This document shows positions 49,199 through 59,483 of a stretch of 64,000 bases of DNA, piece after piece (the first letter of the stretch is position 1; each line of letters starts with the position of its first letter). The position numbers were made by a program, and so were the translations under genes. This DNA is from Candidatus Hydrogenedentota bacterium. GTDB taxonomy: Bacteria > Hydrogenedentota > Hydrogenedentia > Hydrogenedentales > SLHB01. A model generated the notes under the pieces. It saw nothing but the letters and a program-made list of their open reading frames with translations, did not search any database and was not told where the DNA came from. The stretch is taken from assembly GCA_963668025.2 (NCBI GenBank), contig CAXXTH010000010.1, positions 832,001 to 896,000 on the forward strand. Reading direction: 5' to 3'.

Positions 49199-51694
49199 AT
49201 GAAAATCGACCTCCATTGCCATTCGAAACACTCGAAACGCCCAGCGCTCTGGTTAATGCAGAAACTCGGGTGTCCCGAGAGCTTCACCGAGCCAGTGGCG
49301 CTGTATCATTTGGCGCAGCGGCTGGGGATGGAACAGGTCACCATCACCGATCACAATGTCATTGACGGCGCACTCGAGATCGCCCATTTGCCCAATACGT
49401 TCATCGGCTGTGAATACACCACCTATTTCCCCGAAGACCGGTGCAAAGCGCATGTACTCGTCTATCAGCAGACAGAGGCGCAGCACCGGGAACTCACGGA
49501 AGCGCGGGAGAATATTTTCGACCTGGTGGAATACCTTCACCAGCACAGGCTGCCGCATATCTGCGCCCACCCGTTGTTTTGGGTGAATGACCGCTTGACG
49601 CTCGAACATGTGGAAAAGCTAGTCTTATTGTTCAAGAACTGGGAATGGAATGGCGATATATGCCCCGGCATGAACAGCGTCGTCCGGCGCTTGGTGGAAG
49701 GATTCACGGCGGAAGATATCGAGCGGCTGGCCAATACGCATGGATTCGCGCCCTTGTATGGCGAGGCATGGAAGAAGAACCTAACGGCAGGCTCAGACGA
49801 CCATAGTTCGCTCCACTTGGCGCGCTCGTATACGGAAGTGCCTAACGCCACAACGCTCGAAGAATTCTGGTCGGGAGTCGAGCATGGCCAGGCCCGCGTC
49901 CGCGTCCAGGACGCCTCGCCCCAAATGTTCGCGCGCAATGTATACGCCATTGCTTACCAGTTCTATAAAGGAAGCCTTGGCCTCGAACGGTATGTGCATC
50001 GAGATATCTTGTTGCGTTTTTTGGACCGTGCGCTGCAAGCGCGGCATGAAGAATCGGAGCCATGGCTTACATGGCTGCACCTGTTTTTATCGAGCAAGCT
50101 GCGTTCCAAAATCCCCAGCGAAGGCTCCCTACTTGAACTGGCGCGCACGGAAGCAGAAAAACTAATCCTTCAGCAGCCACAACTTATGGCCCTCGTGCGA
50201 GACGGCGCCAATAAAAGTGGCGACCTGGATGGGCATTGGTTTGAGTTCGTGAACCAAGTGTCGAACCGGGTGCTAGCGCATTTCGGGAATCATTTGCTCG
50301 AACGCTTGGTGAAAGCGCGCCTGTTTGACATGTTCCATTCGATAGGTTCTGCGGGCTCGTTGTATGTGCTGCTCGCGCCCTATTTCGTGTCGTTTTCACT
50401 CTTCACGAAACAGCGGCAATTCGCGCAGCACGTATTCGAGCATTTCCAAAGCGCGGAGGCGCACAGCGCCGCATCTGGCGAGCATGCGCGCGTAGCCCAT
50501 TTTACGGATACCTTCCACGATGTAAACGGCGTGGCGCGGACGCTTCAACAGGAAGTCGAAACGGCGCTCGAACTGGGCAAGGATTATACGGTCATCACCT
50601 GCCACACGGAGCGCATCTACCAGCGCGGCGTGCGGCAATTCATGCCCGTCGGCTCCTACCGCATCCCCGAGTATCCCGAGTTGAATCTGCTTATGCCGCC
50701 CTTCCTGCAAATGCTTAGCGCCTGCTACGAAGAGCAATACACCCACCTCCATGTCTCGACGCCAGGGCCAGTGGGCCTGGCCGCCCTTGGCATCGCGCGC
50801 GTCCTGAATTTGCCCATTTCGGGCACCTACCATACGGCGTTTCCCCAATACATCAAAGCCCTGACGGAAGACAGTTACGTCGAAGATCTGGCGTGGAAAT
50901 ACATGCTGTGGTTCTACAATCAATTGGATGCGATCTATGTGCCATCGCGTGCTACAGGCGCGGAATTGGTGGAGAAAGGCATCGCCGCCGACAAGATACA
51001 CATCTACCCACGAGGCGTTGATACTCAGCATTTCCACCCCAGTAAGCGCAATGGTTTTCTGGGAGAACGATTCGGCATGAGCGGCCCTGAGCCGGTGTTG
51101 CTGTATGTGGGCCGGATATCGAAAGAGAAGAATGTCCATCGGCTTGCCCAGGCATTCGCCTTATACCGCCAAAAGGGCGGACAAGGCCGGCTGGCCGTGG
51201 CGGGCGATGGGCCTTTCCGGGAAGAGATGGAAGCCATGCTGGCGGGCAAGCCGGTGGCGTTCACCGGCTATCTCGAAGGAGAAGACCTTGCCCGGCTGTA
51301 TGCATCATGCAGCGTATTCGTGTTTCCTAGCTCCACGGATACCTTCGGCAACGTCGTGCTCGAGGCGCAGGCCTCGGGGCTGCCGGTCATTGTCACGGAC
51401 CAAGGCGGCCCATCGGAGAGCATCCTGCCTGGACGGACTGGCCTGGTGGTGGAAGCAGGAAACGTGGAAGCCTTGGCGCAGGCGATGCTGGAGCTCACGG
51501 AAGATGAAGAACGCCGGGAAGCCATGGGCCGGGCCGCACGCGCCCACCTCGAGTCCAGGGGATTCGAGGCGGCCTTCGAACAGCTCTGGACTCTTTATAC
51601 CGGTGAAGAGGCGAAGCCGGAAGAGCATCCCCCGAGCCTGGACGCCCTGTTTGATATTTTTGGAGGCAAACAACCCCATATGGCCTTGTATTGA
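49199..51694 (+). CDS. PHP-domain / GT4 glycosyltransferase fusion
   Basis: DLHCHS, ITDHN, AHP and GSDDH (PHP); YVGRISKEKN and DTFGNVVLEAQASGLP (GT4). Confidence 0.9.
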   Translation: MKIDLHCHSKHSKRPALWLMQKLGCPESFTEPVALYHLAQRLGMEQVTITDHNVIDGALEIAHLPNTFIGCEYTTYFPEDRCKAHVLVYQQTEAQHRELTEARENIFDLVEYLHQHRLPHICAHPLFWVNDRLTLEHVEKLVLLFKNWEWNGDICPGMNSVVRRLVEGFTAEDIERLANTHGFAPLYGEAWKKNLTAGSDDHSSLHLARSYTEVPNATTLEEFWSGVEHGQARVRVQDASPQMFARNVYAIAYQFYKGSLGLERYVHRDILLRFLDRALQARHEESEPWLTWLHLFLSSKLRSKIPSEGSLLELARTEAEKLILQQPQLMALVRDGANKSGDLDGHWFEFVNQVSNRVLAHFGNHLLERLVKARLFDMFHSIGSAGSLYVLLAPYFVSFSLFTKQRQFAQHVFEHFQSAEAHSAASGEHARVAHFTDTFHDVNGVARTLQQEVETALELGKDYTVITCHTERIYQRGVRQFMPVGSYRIPEYPELNLLMPPFLQMLSACYEEQYTHLHVSTPGPVGLAALGIARVLNLPISGTYHTAFPQYIKALTEDSYVEDLAWKYMLWFYNQLDAIYVPSRATGAELVEKGIAADKIHIYPRGVDTQHFHPSKRNGFLGERFGMSGPEPVLLYVGRISKEKNVHRLAQAFALYRQKGGQGRLAVAGDGPFREEMEAMLAGKPVAFTGYLEGEDLARLYASCSVFVFPSSTDTFGNVVLEAQASGLPVIVTDQGGPSESILPGRTGLVVEAGNVEALAQAMLELTEDEERREAMGRAARAHLESRGFEAAFEQLWTLYTGEEAKPEEHPPSLDALFDIFGGKQPHMALY

Positions 51695-51727
51695 GTTGGA
51701 TGGCTCAACGGCATCCCATGAGATGCT

Positions 51728-52873
51728 TCAGGCGAATTTGACGACGACCAGCTTGCCTTTGGCTTTCAACTTCTCCGCGAGCAACGGTACGATGGTGAGC
51801 CGGGGCAAGATGCCCTGTTGGCGGAAGCTGATGTCATCGGCGGCGATGTTTGGGGCGCGGCCGACGAAGAAGTTGACGCGGTCGGCGTTTTTGAGCAACT
51901 CCGACAACATGGATACGCCGGAATGGGCCTCGTAGTTTTCTGGGTCTTCTTCCAGTATGTTGTACACTTGGTTTAGCGTCACTGCGCCCTCAGTGACCAG
52001 ATCCACGCCCTCCAAGCTGTAGTATGGCGGTGCGATGGTGTTGAGAGAATCGGTGGACACTTCGAGTTTCTTGTCCAGGTATTGCGACACGATTTTCGCC
52101 GTGGTCGCACCGCAGATCACTTTCGGGCCGGAATTGGACATGAATTCGCGGGCAGCGGCGTAGTCATGACGCTTGTTCACCGGCGGGCCCGTGAAGATGG
52201 TCACTTCGCGACCTTCGCGGCACAAGGCGGCGCACACGGTGCAATCATCGCCTGGCGCGCCCGCCCAATACTGCCGTGCCTGGCGATGGATATACGTGGG
52301 CAATTCAGCCAGCGGCGTGCGGTTAAGGATGAGGTCGCGGGCATGGTGGCACACGCCCTTTTCGCCCCAGCCTTCGTCCAGGCCCATGCCAAGCCCGGCC
52401 TGGGTAATGCCGTCGCTCATGAGCAGAATGGCCTCGCCCGGTTCGAGGAAGCAGCTCGCTTCGCCCACGGTAGCGCCTTCCAAATCCATCACGCGCTGGC
52501 GCAGTGGCGACGCGGAGTGGTAGGTGAGCAGCAGCGGCGGCGGCGCATCATACGTCAGGATAGTGGTCTCGCCATTGGGCATGAAGCGGGCGATATTGAA
52601 GGCCGCATAGGGCAAGCCCGGCAGGCGGGCGGCATTCATCGTCTGCACGATAGCCGCGAAGGCCTCGCGCAACGAGAAGCCTTCGCGGATCAAGCCGAGA
52701 AGGCGGCTGGCGCTCACCGTGGCGGCGAGGTTGGCCTTGATGCCCGAGCCTAAGCCGTCCGCGCACAGCACCAAGGTCGAATCCTCGGCGCGGTCCACCC
52801 GCACCAAGTCGCCGCACACGCCGCCATGCTTGGCGCTTTGGACGGTGCTTACTTCGATGTGCCGGTATCCCAA
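51728..52873 (-). CDS. SpoIIE/PP2C-family Ser/Thr phosphatase linked to sensory hydrogenase (HfsC-like)
   Basis: CGD, ADGLGSGIKAN, MSDG, DDCT, TGPP, CGATTA and DLVTEG motifs; overlaps the hydS end. Confidence 0.88.
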   Translation of the reverse strand: MGYRHIEVSTVQSAKHGGVCGDLVRVDRAEDSTLVLCADGLGSGIKANLAATVSASRLLGLIREGFSLREAFAAIVQTMNAARLPGLPYAAFNIARFMPNGETTILTYDAPPPLLLTYHSASPLRQRVMDLEGATVGEASCFLEPGEAILLMSDGITQAGLGMGLDEGWGEKGVCHHARDLILNRTPLAELPTYIHRQARQYWAGAPGDDCTVCAALCREGREVTIFTGPPVNKRHDYAAAREFMSNSGPKVICGATTAKIVSQYLDKKLEVSTDSLNTIAPPYYSLEGVDLVTEGAVTLNQVYNILEEDPENYEAHSGVSMLSELLKNADRVNFFVGRAPNIAADDISFRQQGILPRLTIVPLLAEKLKAKGKLVVVKFA

Positions 52874-54624
52874 GGGGCTTCGCCTCCGTTTTCGATGGGT
52901 TTGTCATTCGCCATGCTGAGGATGTTGCGCACCAATTCTTCGCTGCGCGCGGTCGATTCCCCGAGGAACTGGGCCATCTCCTGGGCGGCCTTGATTTGGT
53001 GCTCCATGAGTTCGTGCGCCTTTCGGATGGTTTGCGCGCGCAGGCGCTTGAGGCGTTCCTGGGTGTCGAGGCTATTGGTGATGTTGACGAAGATGCCGAC
53101 ATATTGCCGCTCGTCGCGCATGGCATATACGATCTGGTGGCACACGAGGTTATACCGGTCATGGCGCGCCGTGAGCTCGGTCATCATGTCATGGCCGCCA
53201 GCGATTTGCTCGAATGGCTCGGGGTCCACCAAATACGAGATGCGCTTGCCCAGCACGCTGTCCGTGCACTGGAACATGGAGCGGAACGCGGGATTCATGT
53301 AGAGCAATTCGAGCTGGGCGTTCAATATCACTACGCCGTTGGGCGTCGATTCGAGGATCTTATCCGAGCGCTGTTCCGCGAGGCGGCGCATGTAGGGGAT
53401 GCACATCTCGGGTACGGCCATGCCGCGCAACACCGCAATCGCCTTGTCGCGGCAGGAGGCGTACCCGCACGCGCCGCAATTGAGCTGGTCGTCAGGATTC
53501 GCCTTGCCGGTCTGCTCGAAGACAGCCTGGATTTGCTCTTCCGTGAACACGGCTTCCTTGGCTTTATTCGAGCCGTATTCCGCATGTAAATCCACTGGCT
53601 CGCTCCGGTATTCGATAGGCTCCGCGCCCGCATAATTCGCGGCATATTCGAGGAGCTCGCCGCGCCGCACATACATGTTCGCTTCGCTGGGCATGCCGGG
53701 GCCGTTCACGCAGCCTTGCGGGCAAAAGAGCGGCTCCACGAGCATGGTGTGTTCGCCTTCCCGCAGACTATCAAGGGCCTGGCGCACCTCCGCAATGCCG
53801 CTCACGGCGAGGCAATCGGCGGCCAAGAGGTCCGTATGCAGCGAGGCCGTGCGCGCGAGGCCGCCGGGCACGGGGAAGAAGCGCGCGTCTCCCGTGGGCT
53901 CTTCATCGAAGCCGCCGTCCTGGCGGGCCGCCAATACGACGCCTGCGCGCCGAAGCCATTCTTCCAACTCCACGAAGGTAAGAACGCAATCCACCAGGCC
54001 CTCATTTTCCGTACGTTCCGCCTCGGCCTTCTTCGCCACGCATGGGCCGATGAAAAACACCTTCGCCTTTTTGCCCAGACGGCGCTTCAGAATCTTGGCG
54101 TGGGCCAGCATGGGCGATAAGATGGGCGTTAGCTTAGGCGCGAGGTCGGGCTCGTATTGTTCGACGTAGCTCACCACCGCCGGGCACGCCGTGCAGATGT
54201 GGCTGCCGCCGCCGCAGGCATTGATATGCTCCGCCGTGGCATGCGCCACTTCATACGCGCCGATGGCCGTCTCACCCACATAGGCGAATCCAAGCTGCCG
54301 CAACGCCGTGGGGAGTTTGGCGCGGTCTTCGGCCTTGAAATAGGCTGCAAATGAGGGGGCCACGCTAACGGCAAACACGCCGCCCGCCGCCATGAGGCGC
54401 GCCGCACGCTCGACATCATTGCGGAAGGTCTTCGCCTCCTGTGGGCACTCGCGGATGCAGGTGCCGCAGGCGATGCAGCGGTCTGCCTCGACGAAGGCCT
54501 GGCCACCCACGACGCGGATGGCCTTCACCGGGCACGCCCGCAAACAGCGGTAGCAGTCGCGGCACCGCGCCTTGTTGGTGAACACCACTTGCCCTGGCTT
54601 CTGGGGAACGCCTTGTGTATTCAT
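52849..54624 (-). CDS. hydS: Sensory group C [FeFe]-hydrogenase (2x[4Fe-4S], H-domain, FeS, PAS)
   Basis: CRDCYRC and CIACGTC; variant H-cluster motifs CTACP, GPCVAKKAE, EPLFCPQGCVNG; NCGACGY..C; C-terminal PAS. Confidence 0.9.
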   Translation of the reverse strand: MNTQGVPQKPGQVVFTNKARCRDCYRCLRACPVKAIRVVGGQAFVEADRCIACGTCIRECPQEAKTFRNDVERAARLMAAGGVFAVSVAPSFAAYFKAEDRAKLPTALRQLGFAYVGETAIGAYEVAHATAEHINACGGGSHICTACPAVVSYVEQYEPDLAPKLTPILSPMLAHAKILKRRLGKKAKVFFIGPCVAKKAEAERTENEGLVDCVLTFVELEEWLRRAGVVLAARQDGGFDEEPTGDARFFPVPGGLARTASLHTDLLAADCLAVSGIAEVRQALDSLREGEHTMLVEPLFCPQGCVNGPGMPSEANMYVRRGELLEYAANYAGAEPIEYRSEPVDLHAEYGSNKAKEAVFTEEQIQAVFEQTGKANPDDQLNCGACGYASCRDKAIAVLRGMAVPEMCIPYMRRLAEQRSDKILESTPNGVVILNAQLELLYMNPAFRSMFQCTDSVLGKRISYLVDPEPFEQIAGGHDMMTELTARHDRYNLVCHQIVYAMRDERQYVGIFVNITNSLDTQERLKRLRAQTIRKAHELMEHQIKAAQEMAQFLGESTARSEELVRNILSMANDKPIENGGEAPWDTGTSK

Positions 54625-54662
54625 GGGTCCTCGTCTCTGAAACGGGTAAACACGTTTGAGAA

Positions 54663-54802
54663 TCTGGGGAACCCTTTCTTTCGCAGAAAGGGTTCCCCAG
54701 ACCCCTCCCAAAGAACTTCGATTTCGCTTCGCGCTTGATGCAAAATCAAAGGTTTTTGGAAAGGGGTTCGGGGAAAACCTTTTTGCAAAAAGGTTTTCCC
54801 CG
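54663..54802. repeat. REP-like double hairpin between hydA and hydS
   Basis: 17-bp stem at 54663-54701 and perfect 34-bp palindrome at 54769-54802, with complementary inner flanks. Confidence 0.75.
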
Positions 54803-54818
54803 CCTTCCCTATTCCAAA

Positions 54819-56984
54819 CTAATTGGCCGCGCCCTGTTTGCTCGCGCAGGCCTCACAGCCGCCGCTGCATTCGGCACGGCGCTGTTCCAGGAAGCGGACC
54901 AGGCTAGCCGTAACCTGATTCTCAAAGTCCTCGGGCTGTAGCGAAGAAGTCATCTCGGGCTTGGCGGTGAGGGTGTCGAGCAGCTTGCCCACTTCCTCGT
55001 CCAGCGCCGCTTTGGCTTGGTCAAGGGTGCAGCGCTCCATCACCCGCCCCGCGATGGTCACGGTCGGACCACGGTCGCACCGTTCCATACAGAACGTGGC
55101 CTTCACATCCACGCATGATTCCATCTTTGACGCACTCACATACTTCATGAGGCCCGACAGGATTTTCTGTGCGCCGCGCAAGTGGCAGCTCGTGCCTACG
55201 CAGACCGTTACCGCGATCCGGTCGATGCCCGCGCCGATGTGGAGCGCCATATCTTCGTGGGCCACGCGCCTGCGATTCTGGTAACCGGTGTGGAGGAGGC
55301 GGTGCGCCGTATGGCCGCCCACGTCGCCCAGCACCTTCTTATACATGTCTACAATATACGTGTTTTCTTCCGAAGAATGGACTTGCAGTTCCTTGTCGTT
55401 GGCATATAGCCCTTGGGTGCGTTTTTTGCGCGCCTGCATGTCAGTGGTTACGGGCTGCCCCGCGCCGCCGATGCATCCGCCCGGGCACGCCATGACCTCG
55501 ATGAAGTCATAATCGCATGCGCCCGCTTTCACTTTGTCCGCCAGCGCGCGTGCATTAGCCAAACCATGGACGACCGCCACCTTGAGCGCATGGCCGCCCA
55601 GCGTGACTTCCGCCACCCGAAGGCCCGCCTCGCCCCGGACTGCTTTGAAGTCCATCTTTTTCGGGCCGGGCCCATCGAGTTTGGCGGAGGCATAGCGCAA
55701 TACCGCCTCGCTCACGCCGCCCGAGGCCCCGAACAGGACGCCCGCGCCGGTCTTGAAGCCGAAGGGCATGTCCAGCGATTCCGGCTCGATGTCGTTGAAA
55801 TCGATACCCGCCTCGCGAATCATGCGCGCCAGTTCTTGCGTCGTCAGCACATGGTCCACATCCGGGCGGCCTTCGCGCTTGAATTTATCGAGCTTCGCCT
55901 CCGCTTTCTTGGCCGTGCAGGGCATGATGGACACCACGGAGAGCGCGTTGGCGTTAATGCCAAGTTCGCCTGGCAGTGTCTCTTTCAGCAGCGAGCCGAG
56001 CATTTGCTGCGGCGAACGGCAGGAAGAGAGATTATCCAGCAGGTCAGGATAGTACTGTTCCGCGAATTGTACCCAGGCTGGGCAGCAAGACGTGAACTGC
56101 GGGAGGTCTTTGCCCGAAGCCTTGCGTTCGAGGAATTCATTGGCCTCCTCAAAGATGGTCAGGTCAGCGGAGAAGCTGGTGTCGTACACCTTGTCGAAGC
56201 CGATGGAGCGCAAGGCGGCCACGAGCTTGCCCATGGTGAGCGCGCCCGCTTCCATGCCGAAGCATTCGCCCAAGGCCACCCGCACCGCCGGGGCGACTTG
56301 CGCCACGACCGTCTTCTTCGGGTCGTACAGGTCGTTCCACACGGCATCCACTTCCTGCTTAGGCACGATAGCGCCGGTCGGGCAGACTCGGGCGCATTGG
56401 CCGCAATAGACGCAGGCCACATCGCCCAATGCCTTGCCGTAAGCCGGTCCTACGGTTACATTCGAGCCGCGATTGGCGAAGTCGATGGCCGAGATGCCTT
56501 GCACTTCCGCACAAACGCGGACGCAATCGCCGCAGAGCACGCAACGGTTTGGGTCACGGATGAGCGAGGGGTTCTTCATATCCACCGGCATAGGTTTGCG
56601 GGTGGGCTTGAAATGGACTTCCCGGATCCCAAGGCGCTGGGCGAGGGCTTGAAGCTGGCAGGTGCCATTCTTGCCGCAGGTCGGGCAGTTCATATTGTGG
56701 TCCGCCAGCAGCAACTCGACCGTGAGCTTGCGCGTCTCGCGGATCTCTTTCGTGTTCGTATGCACGACCATGCCGGGACGGGGGGGCGTCGAGCAGGAAG
56801 TAGTGATGCCCATCCCTTCAATGTCCACGATGCATAAGCGGCACGCCCCGTAGATGCTCAGTTCGCTGTGGTAGCAGAACGTCGGGATGTCGATGCCCGC
56901 CTTTCGGATGATCTCGAGCAGATTCCGCTCGCCTTCGATGGGCATTTGTTTGCCGTCAATCGTTACAACATTCTCGGTAGTCAT
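54819..56984 (-). CDS. hydA: Electron-bifurcating [FeFe]-hydrogenase catalytic subunit (group A3)
   Basis: FTSCCPAW, MPCTAKKAE, EVMACPGGCIGGAGQP; N-terminal 2Fe-2S, His-ligated and 2x4Fe-4S motifs; C-terminal thioredoxin-like 2Fe-2S. Confidence 0.95.
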   Translation of the reverse strand: MTTENVVTIDGKQMPIEGERNLLEIIRKAGIDIPTFCYHSELSIYGACRLCIVDIEGMGITTSCSTPPRPGMVVHTNTKEIRETRKLTVELLLADHNMNCPTCGKNGTCQLQALAQRLGIREVHFKPTRKPMPVDMKNPSLIRDPNRCVLCGDCVRVCAEVQGISAIDFANRGSNVTVGPAYGKALGDVACVYCGQCARVCPTGAIVPKQEVDAVWNDLYDPKKTVVAQVAPAVRVALGECFGMEAGALTMGKLVAALRSIGFDKVYDTSFSADLTIFEEANEFLERKASGKDLPQFTSCCPAWVQFAEQYYPDLLDNLSSCRSPQQMLGSLLKETLPGELGINANALSVVSIMPCTAKKAEAKLDKFKREGRPDVDHVLTTQELARMIREAGIDFNDIEPESLDMPFGFKTGAGVLFGASGGVSEAVLRYASAKLDGPGPKKMDFKAVRGEAGLRVAEVTLGGHALKVAVVHGLANARALADKVKAGACDYDFIEVMACPGGCIGGAGQPVTTDMQARKKRTQGLYANDKELQVHSSEENTYIVDMYKKVLGDVGGHTAHRLLHTGYQNRRRVAHEDMALHIGAGIDRIAVTVCVGTSCHLRGAQKILSGLMKYVSASKMESCVDVKATFCMERCDRGPTVTIAGRVMERCTLDQAKAALDEEVGKLLDTLTAKPEMTSSLQPEDFENQVTASLVRFLEQRRAECSGGCEACASKQGAAN

Positions 56985-56988
56985 CAGG

Positions 56989-58908
56989 CTATCCTCTCTT
57001 CACCGCGCCCCAGTTGCAGGCCGCTTCGCAAGCGCCGCACTTGACGCAGAGTTCCGTATCAATGGCATGGGGTTTGCGCGCTTTCCCCGTGATCGCGCCC
57101 ATGGGGCAGGCCTGCACGCAACGGGCGCATCCCGTGCATGCGGCCGGGTCGATGTGGTATTCCGCTAGGGCTTTGCAATCGCCCGCCGGGCAGCGTTTCT
57201 GGAAGACATGCGCTTCGTATTCCGCGCGGAATTGGCGCATGGTCGAAAGCACGGGATTTGGGGCTGTCTTGCCGAGGCCGCAGAGCGACGCGCGCTGGAC
57301 CGTGCGAGCCAGGCGTTCGAGCAACTCGAGGGTTTCCGCCGTGGCGCGGCCCTCGATGATGTCATCCAGGAGGGCCAGCATTTGCTTCGTGCCTTCACGG
57401 CACGGGACGCATTTGCCGCATGATTCATTTTGCGTGAACTGCATGAAGAACCGGGCCACGGCCACCATGCAGGTCTTTTGATTCATGACCACGAGGCCGC
57501 CGGAGCCTACCATAGCCCCTACGCTCTTGAGGGAGTCGAAGTCGAGGGGCAGGTCGAGATTCGCCTGCGTGAGGCATCCGCCCGACGGCCCGCCGATTTG
57601 CACCGCCTTGAAGCCGTCCGCCGCAATCGAGCCGTCCGGATTCGTGACGCCGCCGCCGATGTTGTGGACGATCTCGCGCAAGGTCGTGCCGAAGGGCACC
57701 TCGATGAGGCCCGTGTTCAGCACATGGCCTGTAAGGGCGAAGGTCTTCGTACCTGGCGAGGTTTCCGTTCCTACTTGTTTGAAGGCTAGTGCGCCCATAC
57801 GTAGGATGAGCGGCACCGTGGCCAAGGTCTCGACGTTGTTTATGACCGTCGGCTTGCCCCAAAGGCCCTTTTGGGCCGGGAATGGCGGTTTCGGCGACGG
57901 CATGCCACGCTTGCCTTCGATGGACGAGATCAGGGCGGTTTCTTCGCCGCATACGAATGCGCCCGCCCCTTCCATCACATGCAGGCGGAAGGCGAATCCA
58001 GAACCGAATACGTCATCACCCAAGATGCCCGCCATCTCGGCGTCTTCGACGGCGCGACGGACACGCTGTACGGCTAGGGGGTATTCAGCGCGCACATAGA
58101 CATACCCTTCATCGGCCCCTACGCCGCGCGCGGCGATCATCATGCCTTCGATAACGCTGTGGGGATTGCCTTCCATGACGCTGCGGTCCATGAACGCCCC
58201 AGGGTCACCCTCGTCGCCGTTGCAGATGATGTATTTCTTTTCAACGGGCTGCTGGCGTGTCAGATCCCATTTCCGGCCCGTAAGAAAGCCGCCGCCGCCG
58301 CGCCCGCGCAAGCCCGAAGCCAGGATTTCGTTGCATACGGCTTCATCGGTCATATCGGTATACGCTGTGCGGGCGGCTTGGTATCCGCCGTGGGCGATAT
58401 ATTCGTTGATGTTTTCTGGATCCAGCGTGCCGCATTCCCGAAGCACGGTGCGCCGCTGGCGGTTATAAAATGGAATTTCAGCCGGGCCGTTGCAGATATC
58501 GCCCGTCGAGGGATCGCGATATAATAAGCGCTCGACCGGCATATGGAGGACCAGCGTGTCGCGTACGATTTCGTGGACATCCGCAGGCCGCACGTGGACA
58601 TAGAGCAGGTTATCGGGAAGGATGGTCACCAGCGGCCCCATTTGGCAAAAGCCTTGGCAGCCGCTCTTGGTCACCAGGGTCGTCGCGGGGAGGCCTTCCG
58701 GTAAATCCTCGTCTTCATGCACTTGGAGCGCTGTTTCGACATTGATGCCGCGTTCACGGATCTCGTGTAAGAAGGCGTTGTATACATTCAACGCGCCGTT
58801 GGCCACGCAGCCCGTGCCCGCGCAGATGATGACGCGCCGCGTGCAGGCATTCGCCGCCGCTTGGTATTGGGCGGCCACGGCGTCGATATCGCAGGTTGCC
58901 GTGATCAT
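56989..58908 (-). CDS. hydB: Bifurcating hydrogenase NADH/FMN subunit (NuoF-like)
   Basis: SGLRGRGGGGF, CNGDEGDPGAFMDRS, GAGAFVCGEETAL, ESCGKCVPCREG and C-terminal 2x[4Fe-4S]. Confidence 0.95.
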   Translation of the reverse strand: MITATCDIDAVAAQYQAAANACTRRVIICAGTGCVANGALNVYNAFLHEIRERGINVETALQVHEDEDLPEGLPATTLVTKSGCQGFCQMGPLVTILPDNLLYVHVRPADVHEIVRDTLVLHMPVERLLYRDPSTGDICNGPAEIPFYNRQRRTVLRECGTLDPENINEYIAHGGYQAARTAYTDMTDEAVCNEILASGLRGRGGGGFLTGRKWDLTRQQPVEKKYIICNGDEGDPGAFMDRSVMEGNPHSVIEGMMIAARGVGADEGYVYVRAEYPLAVQRVRRAVEDAEMAGILGDDVFGSGFAFRLHVMEGAGAFVCGEETALISSIEGKRGMPSPKPPFPAQKGLWGKPTVINNVETLATVPLILRMGALAFKQVGTETSPGTKTFALTGHVLNTGLIEVPFGTTLREIVHNIGGGVTNPDGSIAADGFKAVQIGGPSGGCLTQANLDLPLDFDSLKSVGAMVGSGGLVVMNQKTCMVAVARFFMQFTQNESCGKCVPCREGTKQMLALLDDIIEGRATAETLELLERLARTVQRASLCGLGKTAPNPVLSTMRQFRAEYEAHVFQKRCPAGDCKALAEYHIDPAACTGCARCVQACPMGAITGKARKPHAIDTELCVKCGACEAACNWGAVKRG

Positions 58909-59414
58909 GAAACATTCTCCTCTTCCATCAGGCTCTCGACCAGCTCGACCGCTTTTTCTGATGTCACTTGGCCGTAGACTTCCTCGTTAATCATCATCAC
59001 CGGGGCCAGCCCGCATGCGCCCAGGCACGATACGGTCTCGACGGTGAACAGCATGTCCTTGGTGGTTTGGCGTTCGGCGGTCAGGTTAAGCAGGTTGCGC
59101 ACGGCCTCGAGAATGGGTGGCGTTCCTTTGACATGGCATGCCGTGCCGTCGCATAGCCGGATAATGTATTTGCCTTTGGGTTGCAGCGTGAAGTGGGCGT
59201 AAAAGCTCGCCACGCCATACACCTGGGCCGGGCTTAGGCCAAGGTCCATGGCCACATAGGTGAGCACGTCCTCGGGGAGGTATCTGTACTCGTTTTGGAC
59301 GGCCTGGAGGATCGGGATGAGCCGGGACGAATCATGCCCGTTCTTATCGAGGATCCCGCAGAGCACATCAAAGCTGTGGACGGTATTGCTTGATGCGGTT
59401 TCAGTTGCTTGCAT
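58905..59414 (-). CDS. hydC: Bifurcating hydrogenase 2Fe-2S subunit (NuoE-like)
   Basis: CDGTACHVKG and CLGACGLAP; AAGGA RBS before ATG 59414. Confidence 0.95.
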   Translation of the reverse strand: MQATETASSNTVHSFDVLCGILDKNGHDSSRLIPILQAVQNEYRYLPEDVLTYVAMDLGLSPAQVYGVASFYAHFTLQPKGKYIIRLCDGTACHVKGTPPILEAVRNLLNLTAERQTTKDMLFTVETVSCLGACGLAPVMMINEEVYGQVTSEKAVELVESLMEEENVS

Positions 59415-59483
59415 GTTTTTATTCCTTTTGCGCATGCGCCTCACTCGAGAAGCGCCACCATATGATTGCCATGCCTGCTGGAG

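Noticed and set aside
55413-56837. Long antisense ORFs (474 aa here; also 14904-15896 and 62628-63524)
   Set aside because: Shadow frames opposite well-supported GC-rich genes, with no recognisable motifs.
56989-59414. nuoE/nuoF of respiratory complex I
   Set aside because: Adjacent to an H-cluster subunit with no membrane Nuo genes; these are HydC and HydB.
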